64,000 bases of DNA from the IMG/VR virus record IMGVR_UViG_3300044796_000229, positions 7,662-71,661 of that record. One strand, written 5' to 3'. A program made the translations under genes and the position numbers. Shown piece by piece: positions 8,467 through 18,570 of this stretch. Position 1 is the first letter of the stretch. Each line of letters begins with the position of its first letter. The notes under the pieces were generated by a model that was not told the DNA's origin, made no database searches, and saw only the letters and a program-made list of their open reading frames with translations. The stretch is from a virus.

Positions 8467-8922
8467 ATGCCAACGCCTCGAAAACCCAAGGAATTGCACA
8501 AACCACCTGGTCGGCCGTCGCATGTCCCGACCAAGGCGACCATTGCCAAAGTCGAGGATTTTTTGCGGGCCGGGTTCAGACATTCGGTGATCGCTAAATA
8601 TCTGCAAATCGACCAAGACACGTTCTCCAAGCACTATGCTGAACCAATCCGTCTCGCGCGGCTGGAATTCATGGGAGAGGGCGTCAGCAAATTGCATCTG
8701 GCGGTTAAGAAAGGCGAGGATTGGGCGCTTCGGTTCCTGTTGCAGATGCAGGCTCACGGCAAGGACTTCGAACATCCGTGGGGCAACCAAACGGCACTTA
8801 CCGGCGCAGGCGGCAAAGACCTTTTCGCTGGGATGGAACTAAGCAGGTTGACCGATGAGCAATACACGCAGCTCAAGTCGATCCTCGCCGCTGGCGGAGC
8901 TGCTATCCCGGATAGCGATTGA
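8467..8922 (+). CDS. Terminase small subunit
   Basis: GRPSHVPT...HTH (IAKYLQIDQDTFSKHY), GEDWALRFLL, LTGAGGKDL; immediately upstream of TerL. Confidence 0.8.
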   Translation: MPTPRKPKELHKPPGRPSHVPTKATIAKVEDFLRAGFRHSVIAKYLQIDQDTFSKHYAEPIRLARLEFMGEGVSKLHLAVKKGEDWALRFLLQMQAHGKDFEHPWGNQTALTGAGGKDLFAGMELSRLTDEQYTQLKSILAAGGAAIPDSD

Positions 8923-10993
8923 AGACCGGCGCCGCAAAGCGCTTCGCGAAGAACATCTGAACAAGACCAAGCAGGAACTACTCGACGAAAGCCGGGCGCG
9001 CTGCAAAACTCTAGCCGGGTTCGTTCGGGAAGCATGGCATGTGCTGGAACCGCGGGCGCGTTATGTCCATGGACCGCATATCGATGCTATCTGCCAGCAT
9101 CTTGAGGCAGTTTCGACCGGACAGATAAACCGGCTGCTTATGAACGTCCCGCCTGGGGCAATGAAATCTCTGCTCACCAGCGTATTTTGGCCTGCCTACG
9201 AATGGGGTCCGCTGGGCATGTCGTCCATGCGCTATCTGGCGACGGCCTTCAATGACGGACCAGTCAAGCGCGATAGCCGCAAATGCCGCGATCTGGTCCT
9301 ATCCGAGTGGTATCAGGAACGCTGGCCTTCGATTGTACTGACCCGCGCCGGCGAGACGTCTTTCGCCAATACGGCTACCGGTTCGCGAGAGGGCGTTGCC
9401 TTCGGGTCTTTGACCAGCCAGCGCGGCGATCGCCTGATTATCGACGATCCGCAATCGATCAAAACAGCGGAATCGAAACTGCAGCTTGTCGAAACCACGC
9501 GCCTGTTTCGAGAAGGTGCGCTTAATCGTTTGAACGACCAGACGCTTTCGGCATTAATCTGCATCATGCAGCGTCTTGCGGTAAACGATATCAGCGATGC
9601 CTTTCTTGAGGTCGTGGCTGGCACGGTGCATCTTCGCCTCCCGATGGAATTCGAACGGTCCGCATGCTGTTACACGCGCATCGATTTTAAGGATTGGCGG
9701 ACCGAAGAGGGCGAATTGCTGGAGCCGGTCCGCTTCCCGCGCCAAGTTATCGACGATCTCAAACGAGGCATGGGTGCTCACGCATACGCCGGGCAATATC
9801 AACAGCGCCCGACCGCCCGCGCTGGTGGGATGTTTCAACGCGATTGGTTTGAAGGAAAGATCCTCGACGCTTTGCCAGCCGGTCTCACTCGCCGCGTGCG
9901 CAGTTGGGATTTGGCGGCTTCGGCTCCCGATGATAGCGCCGATCCAGATTTTACCGTTGGCGCTAAGATCGAGACCGACGACAAGATTTTCGTTATCAGC
10001 GACGTTGATGAGTTTCAGAAAAACCCCGGCGGCGTGCGCAAGGCGATCAAGGACAAGGCCAGGGCCGATACTGCCGCCTGCGACATCGCGATACCGGAAG
10101 ATCCGGGCCAAGCTGGCAAGGACCAAGCGCAAAGCATCATTTCGGAGAATGCCGGATATCGCATTACGGCCATTCGACAGACCGGCGACAAGGGAACGCG
10201 CGCCGATCCGTTTGCGGCCCAATGCGAGGCTGGAAATGTTTTCCTGCTCAAAGGGCCATGGAACGAATCCTTTATCGACCAACTCTGCGGATTTCCAAAG
10301 GGGCATGACGACCAAGTAGACGCGGTTTCGCAAGGCTTCAATTATCTCGCTGGTCAGCCCGCATCGTCATTCTTCGATCTGAACAGGATGCTTCTGCAAG
10401 GCTATCCAGTTCCAATGCCCGGACGTATCGACAGCATATTCGCTGTCGTTTGCACCGCCATCAAAACCGGCAAGGAAAGCGATACGGCTGGCGTTGTGTA
10501 TTTCGGGCGCCGCGAGTTTGGTGGATATCCGGTCACAATCTTGGATTGGGACATCGCGCCGGTTGATGCAACGCTGATCGACGGCTGGTTCAAACAGATA
10601 TTCGTCCGTGCCGAAGAGTTGGCAAAACAGTGTGCAGCGAGCGCGGGCTTTGTCGGCGCTTTCGTCCGCAACAAGGACAGCGGCGCGGTTCTGTTTTCCC
10701 AAGGCGAAAAACGCGGCCTCCCGGTCGTGGAGATCGAAGAGGATTTGGCCAAGCTGGGCGTAACCGAGCGCGCCATGAACGTTGCCCCTTACATCGACCA
10801 GGGCTCGGTAAAGATCGCAGGCCCCGCTTTCGAGAAGCGTATCGAACTCGGCGGCCAGATAAGGAACCATTTCGTGGACCAGTTGACCGCGTTTCGCCTC
10901 GATGACAAGGACGCGGCCAAGACGTCGGGCGATCTGCTTGATTGTCTGGTGTTCGGTATCGCCCTCGCGTTGGGCAATGCGGATGGACGGTAA
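8855..10993 (+). CDS. Terminase large subunit with an extra C-terminal RNase H-like domain
   Basis: Walker A variant NVPPGAMKS, Walker B LIIDDP, coupling motif IMQRL, YQQRP, nuclease SWDLAAS...FPKGHDDQVDA, then about 210 further residues. Confidence 0.92.
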   Translation: MSNTRSSSRSSPLAELLSRIAIEDRRRKALREEHLNKTKQELLDESRARCKTLAGFVREAWHVLEPRARYVHGPHIDAICQHLEAVSTGQINRLLMNVPPGAMKSLLTSVFWPAYEWGPLGMSSMRYLATAFNDGPVKRDSRKCRDLVLSEWYQERWPSIVLTRAGETSFANTATGSREGVAFGSLTSQRGDRLIIDDPQSIKTAESKLQLVETTRLFREGALNRLNDQTLSALICIMQRLAVNDISDAFLEVVAGTVHLRLPMEFERSACCYTRIDFKDWRTEEGELLEPVRFPRQVIDDLKRGMGAHAYAGQYQQRPTARAGGMFQRDWFEGKILDALPAGLTRRVRSWDLAASAPDDSADPDFTVGAKIETDDKIFVISDVDEFQKNPGGVRKAIKDKARADTAACDIAIPEDPGQAGKDQAQSIISENAGYRITAIRQTGDKGTRADPFAAQCEAGNVFLLKGPWNESFIDQLCGFPKGHDDQVDAVSQGFNYLAGQPASSFFDLNRMLLQGYPVPMPGRIDSIFAVVCTAIKTGKESDTAGVVYFGRREFGGYPVTILDWDIAPVDATLIDGWFKQIFVRAEELAKQCAASAGFVGAFVRNKDSGAVLFSQGEKRGLPVVEIEEDLAKLGVTERAMNVAPYIDQGSVKIAGPAFEKRIELGGQIRNHFVDQLTAFRLDDKDAAKTSGDLLDCLVFGIALALGNADGR

Positions 10994-12511
10994 GTGAGCG
11001 CCGTTCCGTCTTCCGGCATTGATGTTCAGGGGGCAGGACTTGGCACAGCGCTAACGGATTTGCTGTGCGTTGACGACATTCAGCCAGGTTCGGAACCGTC
11101 ATATCAAACGTGTCGCGAAATATATCTCTACCATCCGCTCGGTGCGAAGATGGCAGAGGCGCCGATCAAGCTGGCGCAATCACAGAAGCGCGAGATCACG
11201 ATCTCCGCAGCCTCCGGTATCGAAGAGCGCCTTCGCAAAGCCTTTCTCGAACAATGGAAGCTTCTGGACGCGGACGGCAATATCCTGAACCAGCGCACAC
11301 TCGCGCGGGTTTACGGCATCAGCACCATCATTATGATGGCCGAAGGCGTGAAGCCGGAAGAGCCGATTGATTACGCGAAACTGCATGAGCTGAATATCAG
11401 CTTCAATATCCTGGACCCGCTGAACACCGGCGGCAGTCTGGTTCTCGATCAGAATCCGAACAGCATCACGTTCCAGAAGCCGGTAGCGGTCGCAGTCTCA
11501 GGACAGTCCTATCATCGTTCGCGCGCCCTTGTGGTGATGAACGAAAAGCCGTTTTACATCAGCTACACAAGTTCGGCGTTCGGATTTGTTGGCCGGTCGG
11601 TTTACCAGCGTGCGCTTTTCCCTCTGAAGAGCTTCATCAACACGCTTGTTACTGATGACATGGTGACGAAAAAGGCCGGTCTTTTGATCGCGATGATCAA
11701 GATCGTGTCTTCCGCTGTGGACCGACTGCAGAAAGCGTTCGGTGCCATCAAGCGCAATCTGCTCAAAACGGCTGTGGTCGGAAACGTCCTGCAGGTGGGC
11801 GAAACCGACAAGATCGAGAGCCTGAACTTCCAGAACTTGGACGGCCCCTACGCACTGGTTCGCAAGAATATTCTGGAGAACATTGCAGTTTCGGCCGACA
11901 TGCCGGCGGTGATGCTCAATAGCGAAACATTCGCGCAAGGCTTTGCGGACGGTTCGGAAGACGCCAAGAACGTCGCGCACTACATAGACCGTTGCCGCGA
12001 AGAGATGGCACCGCAATATTCGTGGTTCGACCTGATTTGCATGCACAAGGCATGGAGCCCGGCGTTCTACAAATCCATCCAGCACGAATTCCCGGAACGC
12101 TACGGCAAGGTGTCTTACGACCAGGCGTTCTACGAGTGGAAGAATTCGTTCAATGCAGCATGGCCGAATCTGCTCACCGAGCCGGACAGCGAAAAGGTCC
12201 GCACACAGGAAGTGAAACTGAAAGCCGCAGTTGCCGTGTTTCAGGTAATGGAACCGATCTGCGATCCAGAAAACAAAGCGACGATTGCTGGCTGGTTGGC
12301 TGACACCGTCAATAGCAACAAGGAGATGTTCCAGGTTCCGTTGACGCTCAATCTGGACGCGCTGGAAGCCTACGTGCCGCCGAAACAGGAAAGCGAACCG
12401 GAAGCAGGCCATCCATTCGCAGCGCAGGATTCGGTAACGGAATGGGCGCGCTCGCCATCTAGTCTGGCGCAGAAAGCCGCGCGTGCACCGCTCCGGCTTG
12501 CCGCCGAATAA
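10994..12511 (+). CDS. Portal protein (DUF1073-like)
   Basis: 505 aa after TerL; ARVYG, GRSVYQ, AVSADMPAVML and WPNLLTEPDSEK motifs. Confidence 0.85.
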   Translation: MSAVPSSGIDVQGAGLGTALTDLLCVDDIQPGSEPSYQTCREIYLYHPLGAKMAEAPIKLAQSQKREITISAASGIEERLRKAFLEQWKLLDADGNILNQRTLARVYGISTIIMMAEGVKPEEPIDYAKLHELNISFNILDPLNTGGSLVLDQNPNSITFQKPVAVAVSGQSYHRSRALVVMNEKPFYISYTSSAFGFVGRSVYQRALFPLKSFINTLVTDDMVTKKAGLLIAMIKIVSSAVDRLQKAFGAIKRNLLKTAVVGNVLQVGETDKIESLNFQNLDGPYALVRKNILENIAVSADMPAVMLNSETFAQGFADGSEDAKNVAHYIDRCREEMAPQYSWFDLICMHKAWSPAFYKSIQHEFPERYGKVSYDQAFYEWKNSFNAAWPNLLTEPDSEKVRTQEVKLKAAVAVFQVMEPICDPENKATIAGWLADTVNSNKEMFQVPLTLNLDALEAYVPPKQESEPEAGHPFAAQDSVTEWARSPSSLAQKAARAPLRLAAE

Positions 12512-12512
12512 C

Positions 12513-12737
12513 ATGGCGCTTTCTGGAGAAGATTTCTTCATTGGCGTTCAAGAAATGCTCGGCAGCAAGGCGAAGTTCGAAGATGCCTGCAACCGCTATC
12601 GTCTAGCGTGTGCTGCACGGAATTGGGCTGCGGTTGATGTCTTGCAGCCCGAAGTCCTGGACGCCTGCGAAACCATGATGGACGCAGTAGCCATGGCGTA
12701 CCGGCGTATCGAGGAAGCAGGACGCAATGGTCGATAA
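12513..12737 (+). CDS. Hypothetical protein
   Basis: ORF fills the gap between the portal and head genes. Confidence 0.55.
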   Translation: MALSGEDFFIGVQEMLGSKAKFEDACNRYRLACAARNWAAVDVLQPEVLDACETMMDAVAMAYRRIEEAGRNGR

Positions 12738-13563
12738 GGCGTTCGATTCGCTTTTGAAGGACGCCATAGACGATTTGGCCGAGCACGGATTCGACTCGGC
12801 AGAACGTGTCGCTATGTGGCAGGAACGCCTTCGCGATGCTGCGGAAACCGCGATGCGCTCGCCAGACGCTATCGACCAGATGGTCCGGGATGCCATGGTG
12901 GCGATCTACCGCAAGATGGTCGAACAGGGCGTTGTCCTGAAATATCATCCGGGCGTGAAGCGCTACACCGTGGATATGCTGAACGCACAGATGCGTAACG
13001 ATCTGGACAAACGCATTCTCGCTGCGGCGGACCTAATCAAACTCAATCGCAAGCAGGCAGTGGAAAAAACGCTGCAACGATTTTCGGGATGGTCAACCAG
13101 CATTCCAAAGGGCGGCTCCGGCGTCATCGACAAACGCGAAGTTCGCGCGAACATCAAGAAGCCGGTGGCGCAAGAGAAGTTTGAAACGAACCGCGTTTTG
13201 ATCGATCAGGGGCACAAACTCAGAGCGTCGATCTCGGAAGTGATTGCGCAGGACAACAATGCGCTCGCAATGCGCTGGTCAAGTCATTGGCGTCAACCAA
13301 ACTATGACTACAGAGTTGAGCACAAAGAGCGCGATGGTCACGTCTATGCAATCCGAAACAACTGGGCACTGAGTAAGGGACTCATGAATCCGGGACCGGA
13401 TGGCTACTATGACCAAATCACTGCGGTTGCAGAGGAACCCTACTGCCGGTGTAATGCGGTGTGGTTGTACAATCTGTCGTCGCTTCCGTCGGAGATGCTA
13501 ACCGTCAAAGGTCGCGCTGTCTTGGACGCCGCGCAAAGTCAACTCGAAAGACAATCCGCATGA
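12727..13563 (+). CDS. Head morphogenesis protein (Mu gpF/SPP1 gp7-like)
   Basis: IDQGHKL, W-S-W...YRVEHKERDG, EEPYCRC motifs. Confidence 0.85.
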   Translation: MVDKAFDSLLKDAIDDLAEHGFDSAERVAMWQERLRDAAETAMRSPDAIDQMVRDAMVAIYRKMVEQGVVLKYHPGVKRYTVDMLNAQMRNDLDKRILAAADLIKLNRKQAVEKTLQRFSGWSTSIPKGGSGVIDKREVRANIKKPVAQEKFETNRVLIDQGHKLRASISEVIAQDNNALAMRWSSHWRQPNYDYRVEHKERDGHVYAIRNNWALSKGLMNPGPDGYYDQITAVAEEPYCRCNAVWLYNLSSLPSEMLTVKGRAVLDAAQSQLERQSA

Positions 13564-13714
13564 CGCCGGACTTCATTGACCGCGCGATGTCAGATATTGC
13601 CGACGCGATTATTGGACGTACAAACTGCCCGAATGTTTTGCCCGATGCGGTGTGCGTCGATCCAGAATGTCCCTATTGCAAAACGCGCGAACCCGAAACT
13701 GAGGAACAGGCAGA

Positions 13715-14047
13715 ATGACGAACGACCCGACCCGCGCGCCAGCCTATGCCATGCCTGTCTATATCGCGCCGGCCATCGGTTCGGTTCCGACAAATCTGGC
13801 CACCAATGCATCGACGCTGATCTATACTGGTCCGGGCTATGTGGCGAGTTTGAACGTCAACACCGCCGGTACGACAAGCACGATCAAGATTTACGACGGC
13901 ACGGATAATACCGGGATTTTGCTCGGAACGTGGTCAACAACGGCGCAAGGATCGTTTCCGATCAATCTGCCGTTCGTGACTGGACTGTTCGTTATCACGG
14001 CGGGCGGCGCGGCTGCGGATCTAACCATTTCCTACGTTCCAGGCTGA
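13715..14047 (+). CDS. Small beta-rich virion protein
   Basis: GPGYVASLNV...IKIYDG...PFVTGL; located in the head module. Confidence 0.6.
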   Translation: MTNDPTRAPAYAMPVYIAPAIGSVPTNLATNASTLIYTGPGYVASLNVNTAGTTSTIKIYDGTDNTGILLGTWSTTAQGSFPINLPFVTGLFVITAGGAAADLTISYVPG

Positions 14048-14048
14048 C

Positions 14049-16109
14049 ATGCCACTGCATGAAGGGGCAAAACCGGGCTCGAAGGAATTCGGCGAAAACA
14101 TCGCGACCGAAATAAAGGCCGGAAAAAAACCCGCGCAAGCCGAAGCGATTGCATACCGTGAGTCGGGTGAGCACCGTTCCGATTCCGAAGCGCCCATTCG
14201 TGCTGCGGGCATTCTGTTTTTGACACCTGAGAACCAAGCGCTGTTTTTGAAGCGCGGTCTGGGAGGCGATTTTCCTGGGTTTTGGTGTTTACCAGGCGGC
14301 AAGCACGAAGGCACTGAAACGCTGGAAGAGACAGCGGTGCGCGAGGCGACGGAAGAGGCCAAAGGCTTCCCAGATGGGTCGCGCGAGGAACTGGCCCGCA
14401 CGATCTCGAAAGGATTGCCCGCACCGCTCAATGCCGATCTGCCCGGTGAAGCCGCGCCATCGCAAAGCGTGGATTTCACGACGTTCGTTCAGCGGATCGA
14501 CAAGGCATTCGAACCCGCACCGGATGAAGAGCATGTAGGTCATGCTTGGACACCAGCATCACAGCCGCCCGAACCGCTTCATCCCGGCGTAGCGATTGCC
14601 TTGCGCCGCCTGACCGCAGATGAACTCGGTATCGCGCGCATGATGGCCCAAGGCGAGCTGACAAGCCCGCAGCGCTATATGAACGTGTCGCTTTTCGCCT
14701 TGCGCATCACTGGCACTGGCGCTGCAATCCGCAAGGAAAAGAAGGACAAGAAAACTGGCGACGTTATTCGCCCCGAAGAGTATGTCTGGCGCAAGCCGGA
14801 AAACTATCTGAATCCAGACTTCGTGGCCCGGTGCAATGGGCTGTCTGTTATCTGGGACCATCCTGAAGGCGCAACGCTCGATAGCGACGAATTCGGTCAA
14901 CGCATCATCGGTTCGGTGATGTTGCCGTTCATCGGCGACGGGGTTCATTTCCCAGCAGACGAAGTTTGGGGAATTTCGAAAATCTATGATGCGCCAGCCG
15001 CGCTCGTCATGGAGAAAATGCAGCTTTCAACTTCGCCAACCGTGGTGCTCGGCAGCGAAGACGATCCGGACATCCGGCTCATTGCGGAAGATGGGAAAAC
15101 GATTCTCATCGAAGGCACACCCAAACTCTTGGACCACGTGGCAATCGCAGGACGAGGTGTGTGGGATAAAGGCGGCAAACCAACAGGCGTTCTTTCAAAC
15201 ACAATCTATGGAGACGGAGAAACCGAAATGACCGAAGAAGAGAAGGCCGCTGCGGCCGACAAGGCACGCAAGGACGCCGAGGAAAAAGAGGCCAAGGAAA
15301 AGGCTGATCGCGAAAAGGCGGATGCCGACCGCAAGACGATGGCCGACGCCATGGGTAGCATGGCCGATTCCTTGAAAAGCCTGAAAGAGCGCATGGACAG
15401 CATCGAAGGCAAGGCCGACAAAGCCTGTGCCGATGCGGAAGAGGCCAAGAAGAAGGCCGAAGGCACGCGCGAAGACGCCCGCAAGGACGGCGAGTCCGAA
15501 GAGGACTGGAAAGAGCGCATGGACAAAAAGCGCAAGGACGCCGAAGAGGAAGAGGCGAAAGCCAAAAAGGACGCCGAAGAGAAGGCGGAAAAGGAAAAGG
15601 CGGACGCACAGGCGAAAGCCGACGCCGCGGCGGGCATCGGTGAAATCCGCAAGCAGGTCCAGGACTTGGTCATGCGCACACAGCCGCGTTCAGCCGAAGA
15701 CAAGGCGAAGTTCGCAGATGCGCAGGCACGCGCCGATGGTGCCTATATCATGCTCGGCAGGCAGGCCCCGGCGCCGATGGATGGCGAATCCCTTCCCGAC
15801 TATCGCCGCCGTCTCGCGACCGGCCTGAAGGCTCACAGTCCGTCATGGAAAGACGTCAAACTCGACGCCATCGCGGACGACGCGGCGTTCACGCCCATCG
15901 AGAAGCAGATTTTCGATGACGCGATCAGCTATGCCCGCCGTCCGGCGGAACATGGCAGCACCCAGCTTCGCACCGTCACCCGCAAACTCGAAAGCGGTCA
16001 TACCGTCAACGAATTCTATGGACCGCCGGGCGACTGGATGAACCGTTTTGCCGGCAATCGCCAGCGTGCGACCGGGGACTTCAAGAAGAGCGTCGGAGGC
16101 GCACGTTAA
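14049..16109 (+). CDS. NUDIX-domain + DUF2213-like prohead protease/scaffold fusion
   Basis: Nudix box GKHEGTETLEETAVREATEE; RITGTG, HP, LDHVAI..RG motifs; long D/E/K coiled-coil scaffold. Confidence 0.8.
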   Translation: MPLHEGAKPGSKEFGENIATEIKAGKKPAQAEAIAYRESGEHRSDSEAPIRAAGILFLTPENQALFLKRGLGGDFPGFWCLPGGKHEGTETLEETAVREATEEAKGFPDGSREELARTISKGLPAPLNADLPGEAAPSQSVDFTTFVQRIDKAFEPAPDEEHVGHAWTPASQPPEPLHPGVAIALRRLTADELGIARMMAQGELTSPQRYMNVSLFALRITGTGAAIRKEKKDKKTGDVIRPEEYVWRKPENYLNPDFVARCNGLSVIWDHPEGATLDSDEFGQRIIGSVMLPFIGDGVHFPADEVWGISKIYDAPAALVMEKMQLSTSPTVVLGSEDDPDIRLIAEDGKTILIEGTPKLLDHVAIAGRGVWDKGGKPTGVLSNTIYGDGETEMTEEEKAAAADKARKDAEEKEAKEKADREKADADRKTMADAMGSMADSLKSLKERMDSIEGKADKACADAEEAKKKAEGTREDARKDGESEEDWKERMDKKRKDAEEEEAKAKKDAEEKAEKEKADAQAKADAAAGIGEIRKQVQDLVMRTQPRSAEDKAKFADAQARADGAYIMLGRQAPAPMDGESLPDYRRRLATGLKAHSPSWKDVKLDAIADDAAFTPIEKQIFDDAISYARRPAEHGSTQLRTVTRKLESGHTVNEFYGPPGDWMNRFAGNRQRATGDFKKSVGGAR

Positions 16110-16967
16110 ATGACCGCACAAATCCCGTTCAATCCCAGCGCCACCACGGTCGCTGCAGGCGCGTTCGGCGTAGATTCGCTTGGCTTGGTCCAAGGCGATG
16201 CCTATCCGGATCCCGCAATCATCTACAAACGCGCTTCCGGCACGTTGGCGCAATCCGAAACGCTTCCCATGTGGGGCGGCGTTGGTATCTCGACCGACGT
16301 GGGCGGCGCGGCAGGCGGTCCCAATGGTGCGCTTGGCACGATCATCACGCGCGCAACCTCGGAAGCGAACCTGATTGCGTTTTCGACCTGGTCCTATGGC
16401 CAAATCAATTCGCCGCAATCGCCGGTTCCGCTCGCCGGTTCCGGCATGCAGGTGGAATACTTCCGCCTCGGTTCCGGTGCACGCATCGTCCTTCAAGCCG
16501 ATCCGTTGCTGGTCTCATTGCAGGGCGGTCTCACCACGCAACAGGTCGCGTGGGATTTCACCAACCAGCTTCTGGTTCCGTACATCGGCGCACTGACTGT
16601 CAGTTCGGGTTCCTATAACAACACGACTGGCATCGTCACGCTGGTCATGTCGGCTCCGGTAACGTTCAGCCCCGGCGATTCGATTACCGTCGTGGTGACC
16701 GGCCATACGGGCAATGGCAATCTGCTTGCTGGCACCTATACGGCGCTCACCGCATCTGGAACGTCCGTGACCTACAACGCGGGTGCTGGCATCGGCGCGT
16801 CGGCCATCACGTCCGGCACGCTTACTGTCGGTGGCGCGGCCAGTTCGGCACTGGACGTTCAGGTGCTCGACATCGTCCCAACCAACTGCATGACCGTCGA
16901 TTATCCGGTGGTCGGCGGCAACGCAACGTGGAACTTCAACGGCGCCGCCGCTGTCGTCCTGATCTAA
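16110..16967 (+). CDS. Head decoration/cement protein
   Basis: Between scaffold and capsid genes; PMWGGVGI, FRLGSGARI, VAWDF. Confidence 0.7.
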   Translation: MTAQIPFNPSATTVAAGAFGVDSLGLVQGDAYPDPAIIYKRASGTLAQSETLPMWGGVGISTDVGGAAGGPNGALGTIITRATSEANLIAFSTWSYGQINSPQSPVPLAGSGMQVEYFRLGSGARIVLQADPLLVSLQGGLTTQQVAWDFTNQLLVPYIGALTVSSGSYNNTTGIVTLVMSAPVTFSPGDSITVVVTGHTGNGNLLAGTYTALTASGTSVTYNAGAGIGASAITSGTLTVGGAASSALDVQVLDIVPTNCMTVDYPVVGGNATWNFNGAAAVVLI

Positions 16968-16977
16968 GGAGAACGCC

Positions 16978-18000
16978 GTGATCCAGGCATCGAGTTATAT
17001 TCTTACCCATCCGTCGTTCGTCGAACCGGAAATCCTCAATCAGATTAACCAATCCAGCGGGTTCATCGACTTGCTGGCGGACAGCGAACTTCGCGTGCGC
17101 TTGGCCGAGGATGATCTGTACGTCTACATGAAGACGCTGAACATTCGCACCAAGGCGGCGGCAGGCCAGACAGGGTTCAATGAATTGCCCGGCGTCGACA
17201 TCGCGGCATCGATGATCAGCACAGCGACCTATCTGTTGCAGGTCGCCGCGCAATACAATCATCACGATACACGCGCGGGCGCGAACTGGGGATTCAGCGT
17301 TCCCGAAGCTTATCGTCTCGGCATGCGGCAGGCTAACTTCCTGCTCGCGCGCGATGCGTGCCTGTACGGCCTGAACCCGCAGAACGGTGAAGGTCTCATT
17401 CACGCTGCCGGTGCCGTCTCGACCAATCTGCCGCCGGACAGCTACGGCAATACGACCGTCCTGACCTACGATAACGGCCAGATGGCGTTCTATCTCGCCC
17501 AGCAGATTCAGCAACTCAAAACCCGTACCTTCCAGATGGGTCTGGGCCGCGAGTTCACGATCTTGGGTCCGCAGCGCACCCTCGGCTCATTCGAATACAA
17601 TGTGGTCGAATTGGTGCAGTTCCAGCGTGAAGGCGCTGGCACGGCTTCCACCAAGGAGACGCTGGAAAAGATCATCATGGCCAATGGCGACAAGCTGAAT
17701 TGGGTCTATGACGATACCTTGATCGGTCAAGGTTATGGCGGCACGGATTTGGTTATCCTCGACATGCCGAAGGTCGAAACGCCGAAGAAGATGGGCGCCG
17801 TCGATACCAACGTGTTCAGCGGCATGACGCCGAACAACGATCTGTGCGTCACGCAGTATTCGGACATGGCGGCCCCGCGCGAAATCCTGTCGCCTGGCCC
17901 CCGCGGTTATACCGATGTGCTGCAGGAATGGCGCATTTCGTCTGGATGGGCGCCGCGTTCAACTTGTATCTCTCTTATTTCGATGCCTTATTCGAGTTAA
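16978..18000 (+). CDS. Major capsid protein
   Basis: 340 aa, strong RBS (aggag), highly biased codon use, LYGLNPQNGEGL, R-SSGWAPR; expected position. Confidence 0.8.
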   Translation: MIQASSYILTHPSFVEPEILNQINQSSGFIDLLADSELRVRLAEDDLYVYMKTLNIRTKAAAGQTGFNELPGVDIAASMISTATYLLQVAAQYNHHDTRAGANWGFSVPEAYRLGMRQANFLLARDACLYGLNPQNGEGLIHAAGAVSTNLPPDSYGNTTVLTYDNGQMAFYLAQQIQQLKTRTFQMGLGREFTILGPQRTLGSFEYNVVELVQFQREGAGTASTKETLEKIIMANGDKLNWVYDDTLIGQGYGGTDLVILDMPKVETPKKMGAVDTNVFSGMTPNNDLCVTQYSDMAAPREILSPGPRGYTDVLQEWRISSGWAPRSTCISLISMPYSS

Positions 18001-18027
18001 GCCACTCGCAAACCGGAGAAAATCCCA

Positions 18028-18570
18028 ATGAAACTTTACATCGCGGTCTGTGTTCGCCAGAAACAGCGCATCTACTTCCGCATGGATCACGACAATAAGG
18101 GCCAGCAGATTCCGCAGCTTGGCGTTCTGCCGCGTCATCAGGACGTCGAACCTGGCCGACAGGAAGCCATCGGCGGCGATCTGAACGAGGCTCAGAAGAA
18201 CTCGATCATCAAACAGCTTTCGGTGTTCGGATTGCAGCCGGCCGAAGAAGTCAATCGCCTGAACGGCCTGACGCCCTACATCTACAGTGTCGACAGGCCG
18301 GTTTCGAAGGCGCAGATCGACAAAGCGTTCAATCACAATCAGGGCATTCTTGCCAAAGATGGCCGCCAACGCCGTGAGCGCGCCGCAATCGCAGCCGGTG
18401 CGGCTATCGAAAGCGATGAAGTGAAAATCGCTTACGAGCAGATCACCGAAAGCGAATTGGGCGGTCCGCAGGTCGCGGAAGGCTATCAGGTCGACAAGGC
18501 GGGCGATCCGGGTCCGGCGCGCGGCGGCAAGGGGCGCCGTGGGCGTAGAGGCCAGAACGCTCAGGCGTGA
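18028..18570 (+). CDS. Hypothetical head-module protein
   Basis: 180 aa with RBS ggag, directly after the capsid gene. Confidence 0.65.
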   Translation: MKLYIAVCVRQKQRIYFRMDHDNKGQQIPQLGVLPRHQDVEPGRQEAIGGDLNEAQKNSIIKQLSVFGLQPAEEVNRLNGLTPYIYSVDRPVSKAQIDKAFNHNQGILAKDGRQRRERAAIAAGAAIESDEVKIAYEQITESELGGPQVAEGYQVDKAGDPGPARGGKGRRGRRGQNAQA

